From Octopus sinensis (Eukaryota): a stretch of DNA of 64,000 nucleotides. Positions 12,901 through 26,560 of the stretch are shown piece by piece. The stretch's first letter is position 1; the number at the start of each line of letters is the position of its first letter. A program made the position numbers and the translations under genes. Under the pieces are notes generated by a model. It had not been told where the DNA came from. It saw nothing but the letters and a program-made list of their open reading frames with translations, and ran no database searches. The DNA lies in assembly GCF_006345805.1 (NCBI RefSeq), contig NC_043007.1, positions 71,052,001 through 71,116,000 on the forward strand. Direction: 5' to 3'.

Positions 12901-13960
12901 ATACACCTCCCTTGTTCATCCCCTGATACTTTCTCTTCTAGCGCTGATTGGTTTTCTGTCTATAACTAAGATGATCTCTCCTGACCATGTTCAGAAAATT
13001 CACCATAAACATTTTTGCTGCAGGAAATTTTGTCATAAAGGAGATACATCAGTAAACTGTAACCAAAATAAATAACTCATTTCAAGGAAGTTACCTTTCT
13101 CTAATTGTTAATATTAGTTGATGAAGTTGCCATCTTAAGAAAACAGATAATTTTTTTTTTTTTGCAATTATCATATTTTTATGGTGAATTTTCCTATAAA
13201 AAAAAATTTTCCGGTAAAATTTCCTATAATTCTCCTGACATTTCTCATTTGTTAGAACACAGCAACAATTGTCTCTCAAAAATCAGTCTTCCCATTCAAA
13301 ACCTGATAATACTTCAGACATGATCAGTTGCCGATTCTTCAGAAAACTCAAGTCAGAGTCACATCCAAAGAGTCACATCCCACCACCTAGCCTTCTCACT
13401 GACTGGCAAGGATTTTTCCACCAATACATTTCAATACTAACTTACAGATCACTATTTCCTCTCCTCTTCCTCTTCCCTTCTCTCACTCTCTGTTCCTCTC
13501 TCTCTTTGCTCCCCTCTCTCTCTGCCCCTCTCTCTCTGCTTCTCTTTCCTCTCTCTCTGCTTCTCTTTCCTCTCTCTCTGCTTCTCTCCCCTCTCTCTCA
13601 TATTGCTACTACATTGATAACCTCTCAACTAATTAGTTATCTTTTATCTTTTACATGTTTCAATCATTAGACTGTGGCCATGATGGGGCATCACCTCCGA
13701 GAATTTTTAGTCAAATGAATCAACTCAAGTACTTACTATTCTTTTCTTTTTAAGTCTGGAATTGAACAAACTGAACAGACTTATGATCACTGCTTGAACA
13801 CATTTGACCATAGATCAACTTAACAACTTGATCAAAGTTTTTACATGATAAATTAAATTTGCAATTGTTCCTCCTCCTCCTCCTCCTCCCTCTTCTTCTC
13901 ACTATCACATGTATTATCAGTCATCAGGGATGTTGTCTTGAGGTCCGGTCTCAAGTATCT

Positions 13961-14385
13961 TCAAATCTGAATCATCTTCCTTACATTTCTTGCAGAACAC
14001 AATATTGCATTTTCGTGTAGGTTGATAACGCAAGTCTTAATTCCAATATCCTTCAGTTTAAGCATTGTGCCAAGAGCACCAATTGCCATGGGAATAATTG
14101 TTTTCTTAGGTCCTGGCATTACTCATGTTTTTCTTTTGTTTTTCAATTTCTTTTATAATCCACCCTGTTATCATATGATATTGCACTGTTTCATTATTTT
14201 CTCTTGCATAATTCTCCATGGTCCTCTTGCTTCAATTGTATGATCAGTCTTTATGGGAAAATCCCATAACATCTTGTGATTCTCATTCTCCATCATACCC
14301 TCTGGCTTGTGTTCATATACCAATCTTTTCTGCTACTTCGAATCTACGCGCTCAGCCAACATTCCAATGCACTCTTTTACCTATG
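13961..14385 (-). pseudogene. 3' end of an RLE-type non-LTR retrotransposon (R4/Dong/NeSL-like), frameshifted
   Basis: Minus-strand fragments VHWN, YEHKPEGMMENENHKMLWDFPIKTDHTIEARGP, IIPMAIGALGTM and ENAILCSARNVRKM match the known RLE motifs WYEHKP...LWDF.IQTD...ARRPD, VIGALG and LQK.ALLGTA.ILR. Confidence 0.8.
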
Positions 14386-14442
14386 CAGTTAGGCCTGTGC
14401 TTATTATCATCATTTTTAAAAATAAAAACTTAAGAGAAATCC

Positions 14443-14507
14443 TCCTCCTCCTCCTCATCATCATCGTCATCATCGTCGTCATTGTCATCGTCATTGTCAT
14501 CATCGTC

Positions 14508-14549
<42 letters not shown>

Positions 14550-14656
14550 GTCATTGTCATCATCATCATCGTCATCATCGTCATCGTCGTCATCATCGTC
14601 ATTGTCATCATCGTCTTCATCATCATCATCGTCATCATCATCATCATCGTCATCAT
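14443..14656. repeat. (CTC)/(ATC)n compound microsatellite with GTC/TTG variants
   Basis: Directly visible. Confidence 0.95.
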
Positions 14657-14853
14657 GACGACTTTCTTTATTTCATTTCATTTATTCATTTACTTGTTAT
14701 TTACTCTACAATTCTAGAGTTTTATTTTGGAATTATTTTCTTCTGTTCATTTAATTTTCAGATTCAAATTCATTTATTGTCTCAATTGTTTTCAAATTTC
14801 TTTCAAAATCAGCTTTTTCTTCCTGTTTCTTATTGGCTGCTTCTTAAATCTTC

Positions 14854-14887
<34 letters not shown>

Positions 14888-15786
14888 AATTATTGTATAT
14901 TGCATTTTATGGAGCTATATGACATTATGTTAAATAGGATTTGATAGAAATATCTTCCATGAAATTCTATTGAATTACATTGAGTAAAAATTGAGAAAAT
15001 TACTGGAAAACCAGAACAAAATGTGAGAGACAAGCAAAAAATGCAGAAGAGGACTTCTTGCAAAATTTAAATTTCTTCATTCACTGCTTCATTTATGGAT
15101 TAAGGGTTAAAAGAAAACTTGAATTTATATTTTCCTGCCAATTTACTATTTTTGGAATAGTAATGTTCTGATCAAACTACCTAAGGATGGCAATCTCTGA
15201 AATCTAGTCCCATTTTTGGGTTCAAGCATATTTTACTTACAAACTGAATTCTTGAAATAGATGTCAAATCGCTTCAAATCACATCTGACTATCTTAGATA
15301 AGGTATAGAAAATGCATTAAATAATGTATTCCTTTATAGCGTTAAAACAGTTTGGATGGTCGCGACTGGAATGGTTTGCTTGCATCTTAAAAGAAATTCT
15401 TGCACAGTAATTCTTTTAGCCAAATGTTCTTTTTTTTTTTAATACAAGTTTCGTGAACCAATTCTCTGAAACTTGATTCTATTTCTAATTTTATTTATTT
15501 TATTTATTTCCAAATGGTGTCATTGACCGCCAAAGTTACTGGAATACTTCAATAATATTGATCTGTTTTATATTTATTTCTCCACATTGTTAGAAATCCA
15601 CATTTATGGAGGAGGAAGAAGATAAATATCAATTGGTTTACATGTTAGTTATTGTTTAACCATTGCAAGCTTAGAAGAGTTAAAGTCAAAGTTAAACAAG
15701 AACAAGTAAAACCTATCCTTGAAGGTGGTGCTCCAGCATGGCCACAGACCAATGATCAATTCTGAAAGAAGAATAGGATATATATA

Positions 15787-15826
<40 letters not shown>

Positions 15827-15830
15827 GATG

Positions 15831-15867
<37 letters not shown>

Positions 15868-16144
15868 ATATGATGATATTATATATATATATATATATTT
15901 CTTACTTTTTTCTTTTACTTGTTTCAGCCATTTGACAGTGGCTATGCTGGAGCACCACCTTTAGTCAAATAAATCAACATCAGGACTTATTCTTTGTAAG
16001 CCTAGTACTTAATCTATCATTCTCTTTTGCTGAACTGCTAAGTTACAGGGACATAAACACACCAACATTGGATGTCAAGCGATGGCTGTGGGACAAACAC
16101 AGACAAATGAATACATACATACATACATATACATATATATATAC

Positions 16145-16475
16145 CAGTTTCCCCTAACTGGCTCCTGTAAAAAGCACTATTGAACGTGGTTGATGCTAGG
16201 TCCACTCGACTGGTTCATGTGCCAGAGGCATGTAAAAAGCACCATCCAAACGTGATCAATGCCAGGGTACCCTGGCTGGCTTCTGTGCTGGTGGCATGTA
16301 AAAAGCACCCACTACACTCTCGGAGTGGTTGGCCTTAGGAAGGGCATCTAGCTGTAGAAATGTTGCCAGATCAGATTGGAGCCTGGTGCAGCCACTGGCT
16401 TTCCAGACCTCCATCAAACCGTCCAACCCATGCCAGCATGGAAAATGGAGGATGTTAAACGATGATGATGATGAT
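16145..16475 (+). mobile_element. Family E element (LINE-3'-end-like, ends GTTAAACGATGATGATG)
   Basis: Copies at 7186, 22455, 43975, 45219 and 61485 (+) and at 28597 and 51425 (-). The RTE-tail origin is inferred. Confidence 0.7.
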
Positions 16476-17715
16476 AGTGTTGGTATATTCGTGAATAAGT
16501 CACTAACCGAAATAAGTGGATCTATTGTTTAGGAAAATACTATTTACTTGTTTAAGGCATGTGCTGGATAAATTATGAAAATAACTTTAACAGTTCAAAT
16601 ACTAAGAAATAAGCATACACAATTTCATTTTTACCAAATAATTTAAGGAAATGAATGGGTTATTTCCCTTTGCTATATATAAAGATCCCTTCTGGAAGTG
16701 AATGGGTTATTTCTCTTGGTTTTTAAAATAAAATATATTAGATATGTATAAGGATCCCTCCCAGGGGCCCTATTATCGATTTTTTCAACAATCTGAATAT
16801 GACATGAGGTTTCCAGACATGATCATTGGTTTAGGAGTTCATTAGCAACCAGGAGGTTGTGTGTTCAACCACACTCCGTGGCATCTTGGGCAAATTTAAT
16901 TTTCTGTAGCCTTGGATTGTTCCTTGTCTTGCAAGGGAAATTGGTGAATGGAAACTGTATAGAAGCCCATCAATTGAATTGTACATTCAGTTCAATGGTA
17001 TGGCATTCTCATATTGACTCTGAATCTTTCACCATCACCACCAGACAGCAGAACACCACCTACTCTTTAAAATGAAAGGAAAATACCCTTTACAAAGAAG
17101 AGGCCATCATCACAATGATGTTTAATATAGGTACGCCATCTGTAGGACCAGCATTTAGAAGACTGTATTAATTCCTCTATTTGACTTGTATATATCCCAT
17201 TGACTCCAGTGAAAATTAAAGTCAGAATACAAGAACGTTATGCAATGATAACAGCATCAAAGATTATGATGATGACGGTGGTGATGGTGGTAGTGGTGGT
17301 GAGAGACATGCTAATATGTATTGAGGTTATTATTATTATTATTATTTTTATTGTTATTGTTATTACTGTTATTTTTATTCCTGCTTTACATTTGAGGTGT
17401 TCTCTTTTGGCAATGTTGCAAATTGTTATGTTTATGGAATCCTTGAGCTGTGCTTCAAACAACAAAGAACAATTTTATAGATTGATCTAATGAAACTAGT
17501 TTCATTCTTTATAAACTCTTAATATTGCAGGAAAAAACATGTAAAACACATCAGTCTGTAATTCTTGAGTCCTGCATGTTGGCGTTCTTTTACTATCGCT
17601 ATTTGCTGGTTTTTATGGGTCGTAATGCATTATAAAAAAAACAAAAACAACTAAACTGATCAATTTCTCTGAATTCTCACAATTTTTTTCCCCTTTCCAT
17701 CTCTCCCTCTCTTAG

Positions 17716-17827
17716 GTATTTTTACGTAATTCTGTGTTTGAACCTTTGGAAGAACAGCGGCAGCAGTACCTGAGTGGCAAAGCTACAATTATACAGAAAA
17801 ACTGGCGTAGGTGTATAGCTCAAAAAA
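17716..17827 (+). CDS. Unconventional myosin exon: end of motor/converter plus IQ1 (VFLRNSVFEPLEEQRQQYLSGKATIIQKNWRRCIAQK)
   Basis: Polypyrimidine tract with TAG acceptor (17714-15) and GTAAGG donor (17828). 112 nt, phase 0 to phase 1. VFLR...LE..R...A..IQK.WR is the conserved myosin (GKTK)VFLR-IQ junction. Class (X/XXII-like) is inferred from recalled similarity. Confidence 0.92.
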
Positions 17828-18376
17828 GTAAGGAATCAACTTTTATATATTTTATTTGTTACCAGCTTTTTAAAACGAGTTTTTTTCTCTGCATTTAGCA
17901 CCATGTAAAAACTCTGCTGCACCCACACAATTTTACAAGCACAACTTCTCTTTTAGAAATGCTGGTTTTATTTTGTAAAATGACAGCTGTAAATCAACAT
18001 AAATTCTTTTCCTCTCTGTGATGTCCATAACTGTTGCAAACTTCAAGATATGACAGTTATTATTGCATGTTGTTTAATAAATTGTTTTGATTGCTACTTA
18101 AAAAAAAAGGGGAGATTCTAATTGTTTGGGGTTATGTTATTAGATAATGTGAAACGTTACCTTTTTGTCGTTTCACTTTTAAAAGATTGAAATCTCTGAA
18201 AAAAGCATTAGTTTCATTTTTTTAAATTGCTTTCTGATTGTAGCAGGTTCTTATTGAATTCTGTGCTAAAATGTGTACCCTTCAACAAGCAATTATATTA
18301 AACACACAACAATGTTATTTCATAGAATAACTCAAGTTTTGACATTAACCTCACATATATTATAACTTTATTAAGT

Positions 18377-18587
18377 GGCGAGCTGACAGAAATGTTAGCA
18401 CGCTGGGTGATATGCTTAGAGGTATTTCGTCTGTCTTTACGTTCTGAGTTCAAATTCTGCCAAGGTCGACTTTGCTTTTCATCCTTTTGGGGCCGATAAA
18501 TTAAGTACTAGTTGCATACTGGGGCCAATTTAATCGACTGGCCCTCTCCCACCAAATTTTGGGCCTTGTGCCTAGAGTAGAAAAGAA
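18377..18587 (+). mobile_element. SINE family A with 15-bp TSD
   Basis: ATATTATAACTTTAT at 18357-18371 and 18588-18602. Confidence 0.9.
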
Positions 18588-20713
18588 ATATTATAACTTT
18601 ATATGCATAAAGCTTCCTTATTCTGGCTTCTATAATATCTGTCTGTGTGGAGAATATTAGTGAGAATGACTTTGAAGATTTAGCCTGTTAAGTCATCATT
18701 GGACTGGCCAAAACTTTGAAGTCACTATCAGTAATATTCTTATTTAAGAACAATAAATTTGTACTCTACAAAAGAACAGAGTAACCCATGAGATTAATGA
18801 AAAATTGTTTTTATTATAATGTAACTTAAAAAACAAGCATTAACATATACACATATATGCATATATATATATAATAGTGATGGTAAAATGGTGTTAATAC
18901 ACTTGGTATTGCTAACACTCACTTTGTTATTAAGTTTTCATGCAGTGGATATCTCTCGATCATTTCCTTGAATTTCTATGAAATTATCCCATGATCTAGT
19001 ACTCATTTATGAAAATCCTATATGCTCTCATGTCATTTTAAGATCTTGCACTACCAGTTAAACTATGCTTTGCTGATGAGGTTTAATTGAACTGAAACAT
19101 ATCTGGAGTTGTTGCCATACTACTGAAGCTCAAGCTCATCCATTACAGCATTCTATATTTAGTTTATTTAAATTCACGGGTTATCTCCCCTGCCTTTTTG
19201 ATCAGAATTAATCATTTAGATAATGATTTATTTCTTATCAATCTGGCTGCAATTCAAATTAATTGCAATTTCTTAGAACACTACATCATGTGTGGTAGCT
19301 CTCACTTAAGTATTAAGTTTTCAGCTAACTGGAGTCTTGCTATTATATAACAGGGAATTACATTCATTGGGAAGATGAAAGTTAAAATTTTGAGTATGGC
19401 TGTTAGCAACAGAACTCAAAGACTGTCTTCTTCTTTGATGTAACTTTCAAAAATAATGTACATCAAATATATTATTTCACTTACCTTGCTTTTTCTTATG
19501 TGTGAATGAATGTGAGTATGTGTATGTATGAACGTGTGTGTTTGTGTGCATGTGTGTGTGTGTGGGTGTGTGTGTGTATACATACACACACACATATATG
19601 CACACACATGACAATCTTTGTTAAGACTGAGATACTTCAGACGTTTTTGTACCACTTTGATTCATAGTAAGTGGAATTTCAATCCCTCTCTACTCAGTTT
19701 CCTTGGCTTTCTTTTATTCATTCACCCTCCTCCCTCTCTTGTTATTTTCACCCTCTTTCTCTTTTTCACTCACATGCTACTTATCTCTGTTATCGCTATC
19801 TTTACAGACATAATAGATTCAATATCATTATTCAGAAGATAAGCTACCGAATTCTTTGTTCGATGTCAATATCTATAGATATCATCTCTGCAGATAATTT
19901 ATTGTCCTTGAGCAAGGTTCCCAACATTATGGTAGCACTGATCTGACCTTACCATTTATTTTCCATGCAATGTTTGTTCCAGGGTATTCCCCCCCCCTAC
20001 CCCACAATTCTAGTTACACTGTCGCTGTATATTTATCTATTACAAAATCTGTATATCAATACCTGGCAACACTGGTAAGGACAATGTATAGCTGAGGAGG
20101 TCTAATAAGGCAGAAATATATCTAGAGTTGCCATTGTACTGCTGAGATCACTTATTCTCCACTCCATTTCCAGCTATCTCTTCTATTTGCTGTGCTCCCT
20201 CTAAATAATAACTTGCATTAATTAGATACCCTTAAGTAATATATATCCCCAATTAAACATGGATATTCTGTTGGAACAAACTATACTGCAGTAGATACCA
20301 TGAGAGAGACTCCCATATTGGCTGTCAGTGCAAAATGCACCCTTTTATATTGCAAGCGGGAAGATAAATCCCTGTCTCCTCCAGTGCCTAGACCAGATCA
20401 CGTGATTTTCACCTTCCTTGGTCTTATCAATGATGTATATTCAGCTGCTAATAGCTACCTCTAGCTGGTGGTGGCAGAGATTTATCTCCCCTGTAGTGAT
20501 GTAAACAAGAGTGGATTTTGCACCAAAAGCCAAAATGAGAGTTTCTCTCGTGGTATCTACCACAGTATAGTTTGTTCCAACACAACAACCATGTTTCAGT
20601 GGTGATCAATATTGCCTCTTGGTATTAATACTACCTCTGTCACTAATATATATTCCTTACACAATTATCAGATGTGACTGGGTATCTTTTAAATTTCCTA
20701 AAGGGTCAACATC

Positions 20714-21229
20714 TACCATAAATACTCGAGTATAATCCGCATTTTTTCCCCAAAATTTAATGGTCAAAATCCCTAGTGCGTACTATGTACGAGGTTGAAA
20801 ATTTTAAATATTTTCTAAGCAATGTCCGAGTCTCTATTTGCTGCCCAGCAATGTTTATTCAGACGCATTTTGTGATGTCGGGCATGAAAATACCTTAAGC
20901 TAAGCCTGAAAGCAATGAAGTCATAAAAGAACCATTCATAACTTGCAGTAAGTAACATTTATTAAACGTTATTACTGTTATTTCTTTATTTTCTGCAAAC
21001 AAAAGGCACAAAAAAGCTACACGCTTGCATTATGTTATATGTACAATAATAATAAAGGATGTTACCGTATATATTTTTACAAACCAAGGAAATTATATAG
21101 ACCTCCTTGACTCAAGTTAGAGAAAGGGTGTGTATTATACTCAAGGTTTAGGTTTTTCAGAGGTACAGCCCCGTAAAAACCCCCTGCGTATTATACTCAA
21201 GGGCGGGCTATACTCGAGGATTTATGGTA
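20714..21229. mobile_element. Tc1/mariner-superfamily (pogo/Tigger-like) MITE, copy 1
   Basis: TA TSD; 19-bp TIR CCATAAAT(A/C)CTCGAGTATA with 1 mismatch; second copy at 46255-46774. Confidence 0.85.
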
Positions 21230-23201
21230 CTTAGTGCTTAGTGATTCAACAATATTTTCTGGGAAACCAAATTATTGAGTTGGAAGTTAACCGTACAGAA
21301 ACATGAGACATAAATAGAGGTTAAAGAACTTCAGCAAAGAGATGCAGTTCCTCCAGAAAAATGGACATTGCTGCAAATATCAAAAATAGGAAGAAATTTA
21401 GTACAGCATACAATTGACCAAAGTACTTTATTAGATCAATAGATCAGTGAACACTTTATAAGCGTACTTTACTAAAACTAGATCCTATCACAAGGAATAC
21501 AAATATTTTGCCTATAATTTGGTAGAAATGGTGTGTTTGACAGATTGAATATCTTGCAGGATATTATATCATACCTACGTTCTGACATTACTTTCATTGA
21601 TCCAAGATCAATAAAATTTGTATCAGAAATATATTGGGGTTAATTTAGTTAACTCTCACCTTTCCCTAGAAAAAAATCAATATCTTGGATATAACTATAA
21701 TAAATATGATGTAATATGACTCCATAAATGAAATCCTTCATTACAAATAGTCAAAGTTGGTGGTGTGTAATTGATGTCACATCTGCAACAGAAATGCAAC
21801 ACAGTTGTAAGAAACGTGCAAATAATAACGGTTGTTGATTCTCAGAAAGATTCCATACCTGCAATATGTGAGTGTGTTAAAGAACTAAGACTCTATGAAG
21901 AAATGCATTTAGTAGATATATCTTAATCAGACACATATTCTGTATTATTTTTCACTCTTCTGTTCTCAACTTATCTCCTGTCTGGAAGTTAAAATCAAAG
22001 AAGGAACAAACATAATAGTTGTATTGCTAACTTTGATGGTTTCTCATAAAAGCTTTAAGATACTTTCATTTGGAATCTCAGCTCTAGATATATATCAGAG
22101 TGGAAGAGCTCTGACAACAATATGAGGCTACTACTACTACCACTACTGCATCTGTGGTGACACTGTTGTTACAGACAAATATCTGGGACCACAAACAAAA
22201 AATTCCTTCCATCATGTTAGCCATTGTTCACCCAAAAATAAGGTACAATCACTTTCTCACTCTCATACCATTACTTTTGATCAAATCACCTCCCCCTGAG
22301 CCACCCAGGTGTAGTTGATCTTCCTCTTGCCATCCTTACTTTACATCAGTCCTCAAAAATATTATCTAACCCTTCCTACACAAAATCACACCTCTGTAGA
22401 TCCTAATTCTTGTTTGGAGTTTTCTCTCTGATGAAGAGGATTGACCCGCAAAAGCCCTGTGCTGGTGTCACATAAAAAGCACTCATGTCGGCACCACGTA
22501 AAAGCAACCAGCACACACTGTAAAGTGGCCCTAGAAATGAACATGGTACAGCTCTCTGGCTAAACTGTCCAACCCATGCCAGCATGGAAAATGAACGTTA
22601 AAGGATGATGAAGCTGATGATAGCCTTCAAGTTTAATGCCAATTCTTTCTATGTCACCAATTGACAAAGATCTAAAAAAATTTACAGACATATTTCTCCT
22701 TTGATTAAATAAAAGATAATTTTAGTTTATTTACAATAGATATTAATTTCATAAACGGCAAAAGAATAGTACAAATGTCCCTCGAGTAAGATTGGGTCAT
22801 TTGCAATTGTACCCAGGTTTATGTAGCTCTTAAGTGTGACAAATTGTTTGGACATCTCCTCTGCATCTCACATGTCTACTTTCCTCTCAAGTCAGCCATA
22901 TAAGTTCAATTATTCAATTATAATGATATTACTGTGACTTCAACTCTAGTTAAACACAGTAAAGTCATTGAATTTGTATAAAAGTTAGATAAAAATATTG
23001 ATTTTAGTTGCAATTGTTCAAAGTACTTCAATCTCTCATTGTTCTGAAGCCGTCTACTGATCTATAGAAGTTTTGGTTTAGTTGATACTTGCACACCATG
23101 TCACACCTAGACTCATGCAGTGTGACATTTCACTTACATTGTTCACTGCTGTAATCTCACGTTGTACACAATGGCAATTAATATATATATGTATATATAT
23201 G

Positions 23202-23293
<92 letters not shown>

Positions 23294-23483
23294 CTTGTGT
23301 GTGCATGCACATGTGTGTGTATATGTGTGTACTATTCTTCTTTCTTTTAAAGTAAATACAAACGTATATATGTGTGTGTGAAAACAGCTCTAATCATTCT
23401 CTTATTTATTAAGAGTCAATTGTGTGATTATCTGAATATGATACTGAAAAGTATTCTGGTCTATATTGTTGCATTAAGTCTCC

Positions 23484-23516
<33 letters not shown>

Positions 23517-24619
23517 GTATCTACAAGTCCTCATGTATGCAATGCACATAGACTTGTAGTAGCAGTAGTAGGAATAATAATAATAATAATATAATAATAA
23601 TAATAATAATAATAATGATGATGATGATGATGATAATGATAAAGATAGATAGTCAGCATTGTAAAATGAAAGTCTAGTGTTGGATGTGATGCATGGACAG
23701 GAAAGACAAATTGAAAACAGGTGAATTGGGTTAAATATTGAATGTATTGACCAAACTATGAAAAAAAACTGAAATGCACAGGCGTGGACATATGTTGTGT
23801 TTCTTTTTAGTCCCGAGTCATCTCCTATTGAGAAGGCTTATGATCAAAAGCATTCTAGTCAAGACTATCTTGCCATTTTGCTAGGTTTTTTTTTTCTTTC
23901 TATATCTTTAGTTATATTATTTCTTTTTTTTTTGTATATGATTGTATACAACTGAGAGAATTTTTTTTTCGTGTGTGATTGTGTTGGCTCATTAATATGC
24001 CATGCTTTCAGATGATGTATCTGAAATGAAAAATAAAACTGCTGCAATATAAAGGATTCAGGATTGTGAAATAGAGATTGGAGTAAAATGGGATTGGTAT
24101 AAAGTTGTGCAGGGCCTTAAAACATACTCTGTATTTTCATGAGAAAATACAGAGTATGTATTAAATGTTTGTGTTATTCAGGTACCATCCTGTTCTAGGT
24201 GGGAATTAAATTGACTTCAAGATTTGATTGGTGCTTTATTTTGTTGATACTGGAAGGATGAACGGCAGACTCCAGCAAGGTTTGAACTCAAAACATAGGC
24301 ATGGCTGTGTGGTAAGAAACTTGCTTCCCAACCACATGGTACCGGGTTCAGTCCCACTGGTCTTCTACTATAGTAGTCTCAGACTGACTAAAGCCTTGTG
24401 AATGTATTTGGTTGACAGAAAATGAAAGAGTCCTGTCATATATATATATAACTTTTATTTTAACCCTTTTTTATACTAACCTGCCTAAGACTAATACAAA
24501 CATCCTCTTTAATTATAAGTTCTATGTTGATTTATGTTTTAAACACCAGTTGATTTATTCAATTTTCATTAATACACTGGTAGTGCTCCAGCATGGCCAC
24601 ACCCTTAAGGCTGGATCGT

Positions 24620-24901
24620 GATGTTGTGAGTTTGAATCCCGGACCGGGCTGTGTGTTGTGTTCTTGAGCAAGACACTTTATTTCACATTACTCCAGTTGT
24701 AGAAATGAGTTGCGACGTCGCAGGTGCCAAGCTGTATCGGCCATTGCCTTTTACTTGGATAACACTGGCGGCGTAGAGAGGGGAGGCCGGTATGCATGGG
24801 TGACTACTGGTCTTCCAAAAACAACATTGCCCAGACTTGTGCCTGGGAGAATAACTTTCTAGGTGCAATCCCATGGTCAGTCATGACTGAAGGGGGTCTC
24901 A
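24620..24901 (+). mobile_element. SINE-like family F (GTGTTCTTGAGCAAGACACTT core)
   Basis: Shares its 3' part with 61086-61280. Confidence 0.65.
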
Positions 24902-24927
24902 GCATTATATATATATATAAGCATATG

Positions 24928-25156
24928 GGCGGCGAGCTAGCAGAAACGTTAGCGAGCCGGGTGAAATGCTTAGCGGTATTTCGTCTGTCGTTACGTTCTG
25001 AGTTCAAGTTCCGCCGAGGTCAACTTTGCCTTTCATCCTCTCGGGGTCGATAAATAAAGTACCAGTTTCGCACTGGGTCGATGTAATCGCCTTAATCCCT
25101 TTGTTTGTCCTTGTTTGTCCCCTCTATGTTTAGCCCCTTGTGGGTAGTAAAGAAAT
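24928..25156 (+). mobile_element. SINE family A, young full-length copy
   Basis: CpG-rich, with intact A/B boxes and an AAAGAAATA end running into (TA)n. Confidence 0.9.
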
Positions 25157-25300
25157 ATATATATATGCATATTTATGTATATATATATATATATAGTTAA
25201 TCCAAACAAGAAAACACAGAAAAAAAGAGAAAAAAACACAGCAACGCAGGACGTGGAACAATTAAAGTATTATTGATGCTCAGGAAAGAAGGGAAGGAGG

Positions 25301-25335
25301 GTTTAATGTTTCGAGCGGAGCTCTTCGTCGGAAAC
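25301..25335 (-). ncRNA. Minimal type I hammerhead-ribozyme-like motif in a probable Penelope-like terminal fragment (about 25197-25425)
   Basis: Minus strand: GUUU-CCGACGA-A-GAGC-UCC-GCUC-GAA-AC-A-U-U-AAAC. Stem I, stem II and the core are present, with U4C and G16.2A deviations. Confidence 0.5.
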
Positions 25336-25422
25336 AAGGAGAAGGAAAGATCCCAAGAAGAGAAGACAGAGGAAAAAATATTTTTGCTGGTGGTGCTCAA
25401 GAGATCACATGTTGAAAGAGAT

Positions 25423-25531
<109 letters not shown>

Positions 25532-26082
25532 ATATATATATGTATATATCTATGTGTGTGTGTCTTTGTACCTCCATTTGTACCCCACCACCTCCTGAAA
25601 GCTGGTATTGATGTACCTGTAACTTAGCAGTTTGGCAAAAGAGATAGATAGAATAAGTTATATTTTATCTTTTTTATTTACCAAGGCCTATTCCCCATAG
25701 GAGTGGGTAGCTACGACAAGACACACACCAGGCATTCCATTCATTTCCTAGCTCAAAAAGGCAAGCCCAGTCCTAAGCTTGGGTCAAGGCATAGAACACA
25801 ACCCCTGATATCAGCAACAGAGCCTGACAGTATATGCTGGTTTACCCCTGAGGCATCATACTGGTTCCATTAGAGACAAGCTTTCCTGTCACTAATAAAC
25901 TCTCTTGCCCCTCTCACTCTTATACCTTTAACCACCAAAGCTTTCCTCACTCCATCCATCCATGCAAACCAAATAAGTACTAGGTTTAAAAAAATAAGTC
26001 CCGGGGTTGATGTGTTTGACTAAAAAATTCTTCAAGACTGCATGGCTGCAGTCAGATGATTGAAGCAAGTAAAAGATAAAAG

Positions 26083-26146
<64 letters not shown>

Positions 26147-26199
26147 AGGCAGTTTGCTTGACAGTAACTAGTGTGTTGATTAAATTGATGATGATGAAA

Positions 26200-26238
<39 letters not shown>

Positions 26239-26560
26239 GTGGTTTGGTGGTGGTGGTGGTGGTGGTGGTTGTGGGGATGATGATAGTTGTGGCAACCACA
26301 AAGATGACAATGAAAGGTATTTGTGAATGAAGGAAGAGTAGGGGTAGCATTAGGTGCCAACTTCAATAATTAAAGACATCTCTAAAAAGAAAAGACACAA
26401 TGAAACAGACCATGACCAAAGATGATCTTTAAAAATCAGTGGACCATGGATTAAACAGTTATCACATGATCTTAATTGCTACTTCAGTTCCTGTTAGTAA
26501 ATTTTTTAATACTTTGGAGTCTGCAATCTTTTACAGTCTTCATGAATAATTTCAGCTTAC

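Noticed and set aside
12336-12969. Longest ORFs (170 and 193 aa), and the many YI/HT/poly-I/poly-S ORFs across the track
   Set aside because: They are stop-poor translations of CT-rich tracts and microsatellites, with no domain signal or splice support.
15594-15650. KSTFMEEEEDKYQL, resembling the myosin ...YQxGxTK exon that should precede 17716
   Set aside because: The frame continues VYMLVIV*, with no G-x-T-K and no phase-0 donor. The true upstream exon was not found and probably lies before the window.
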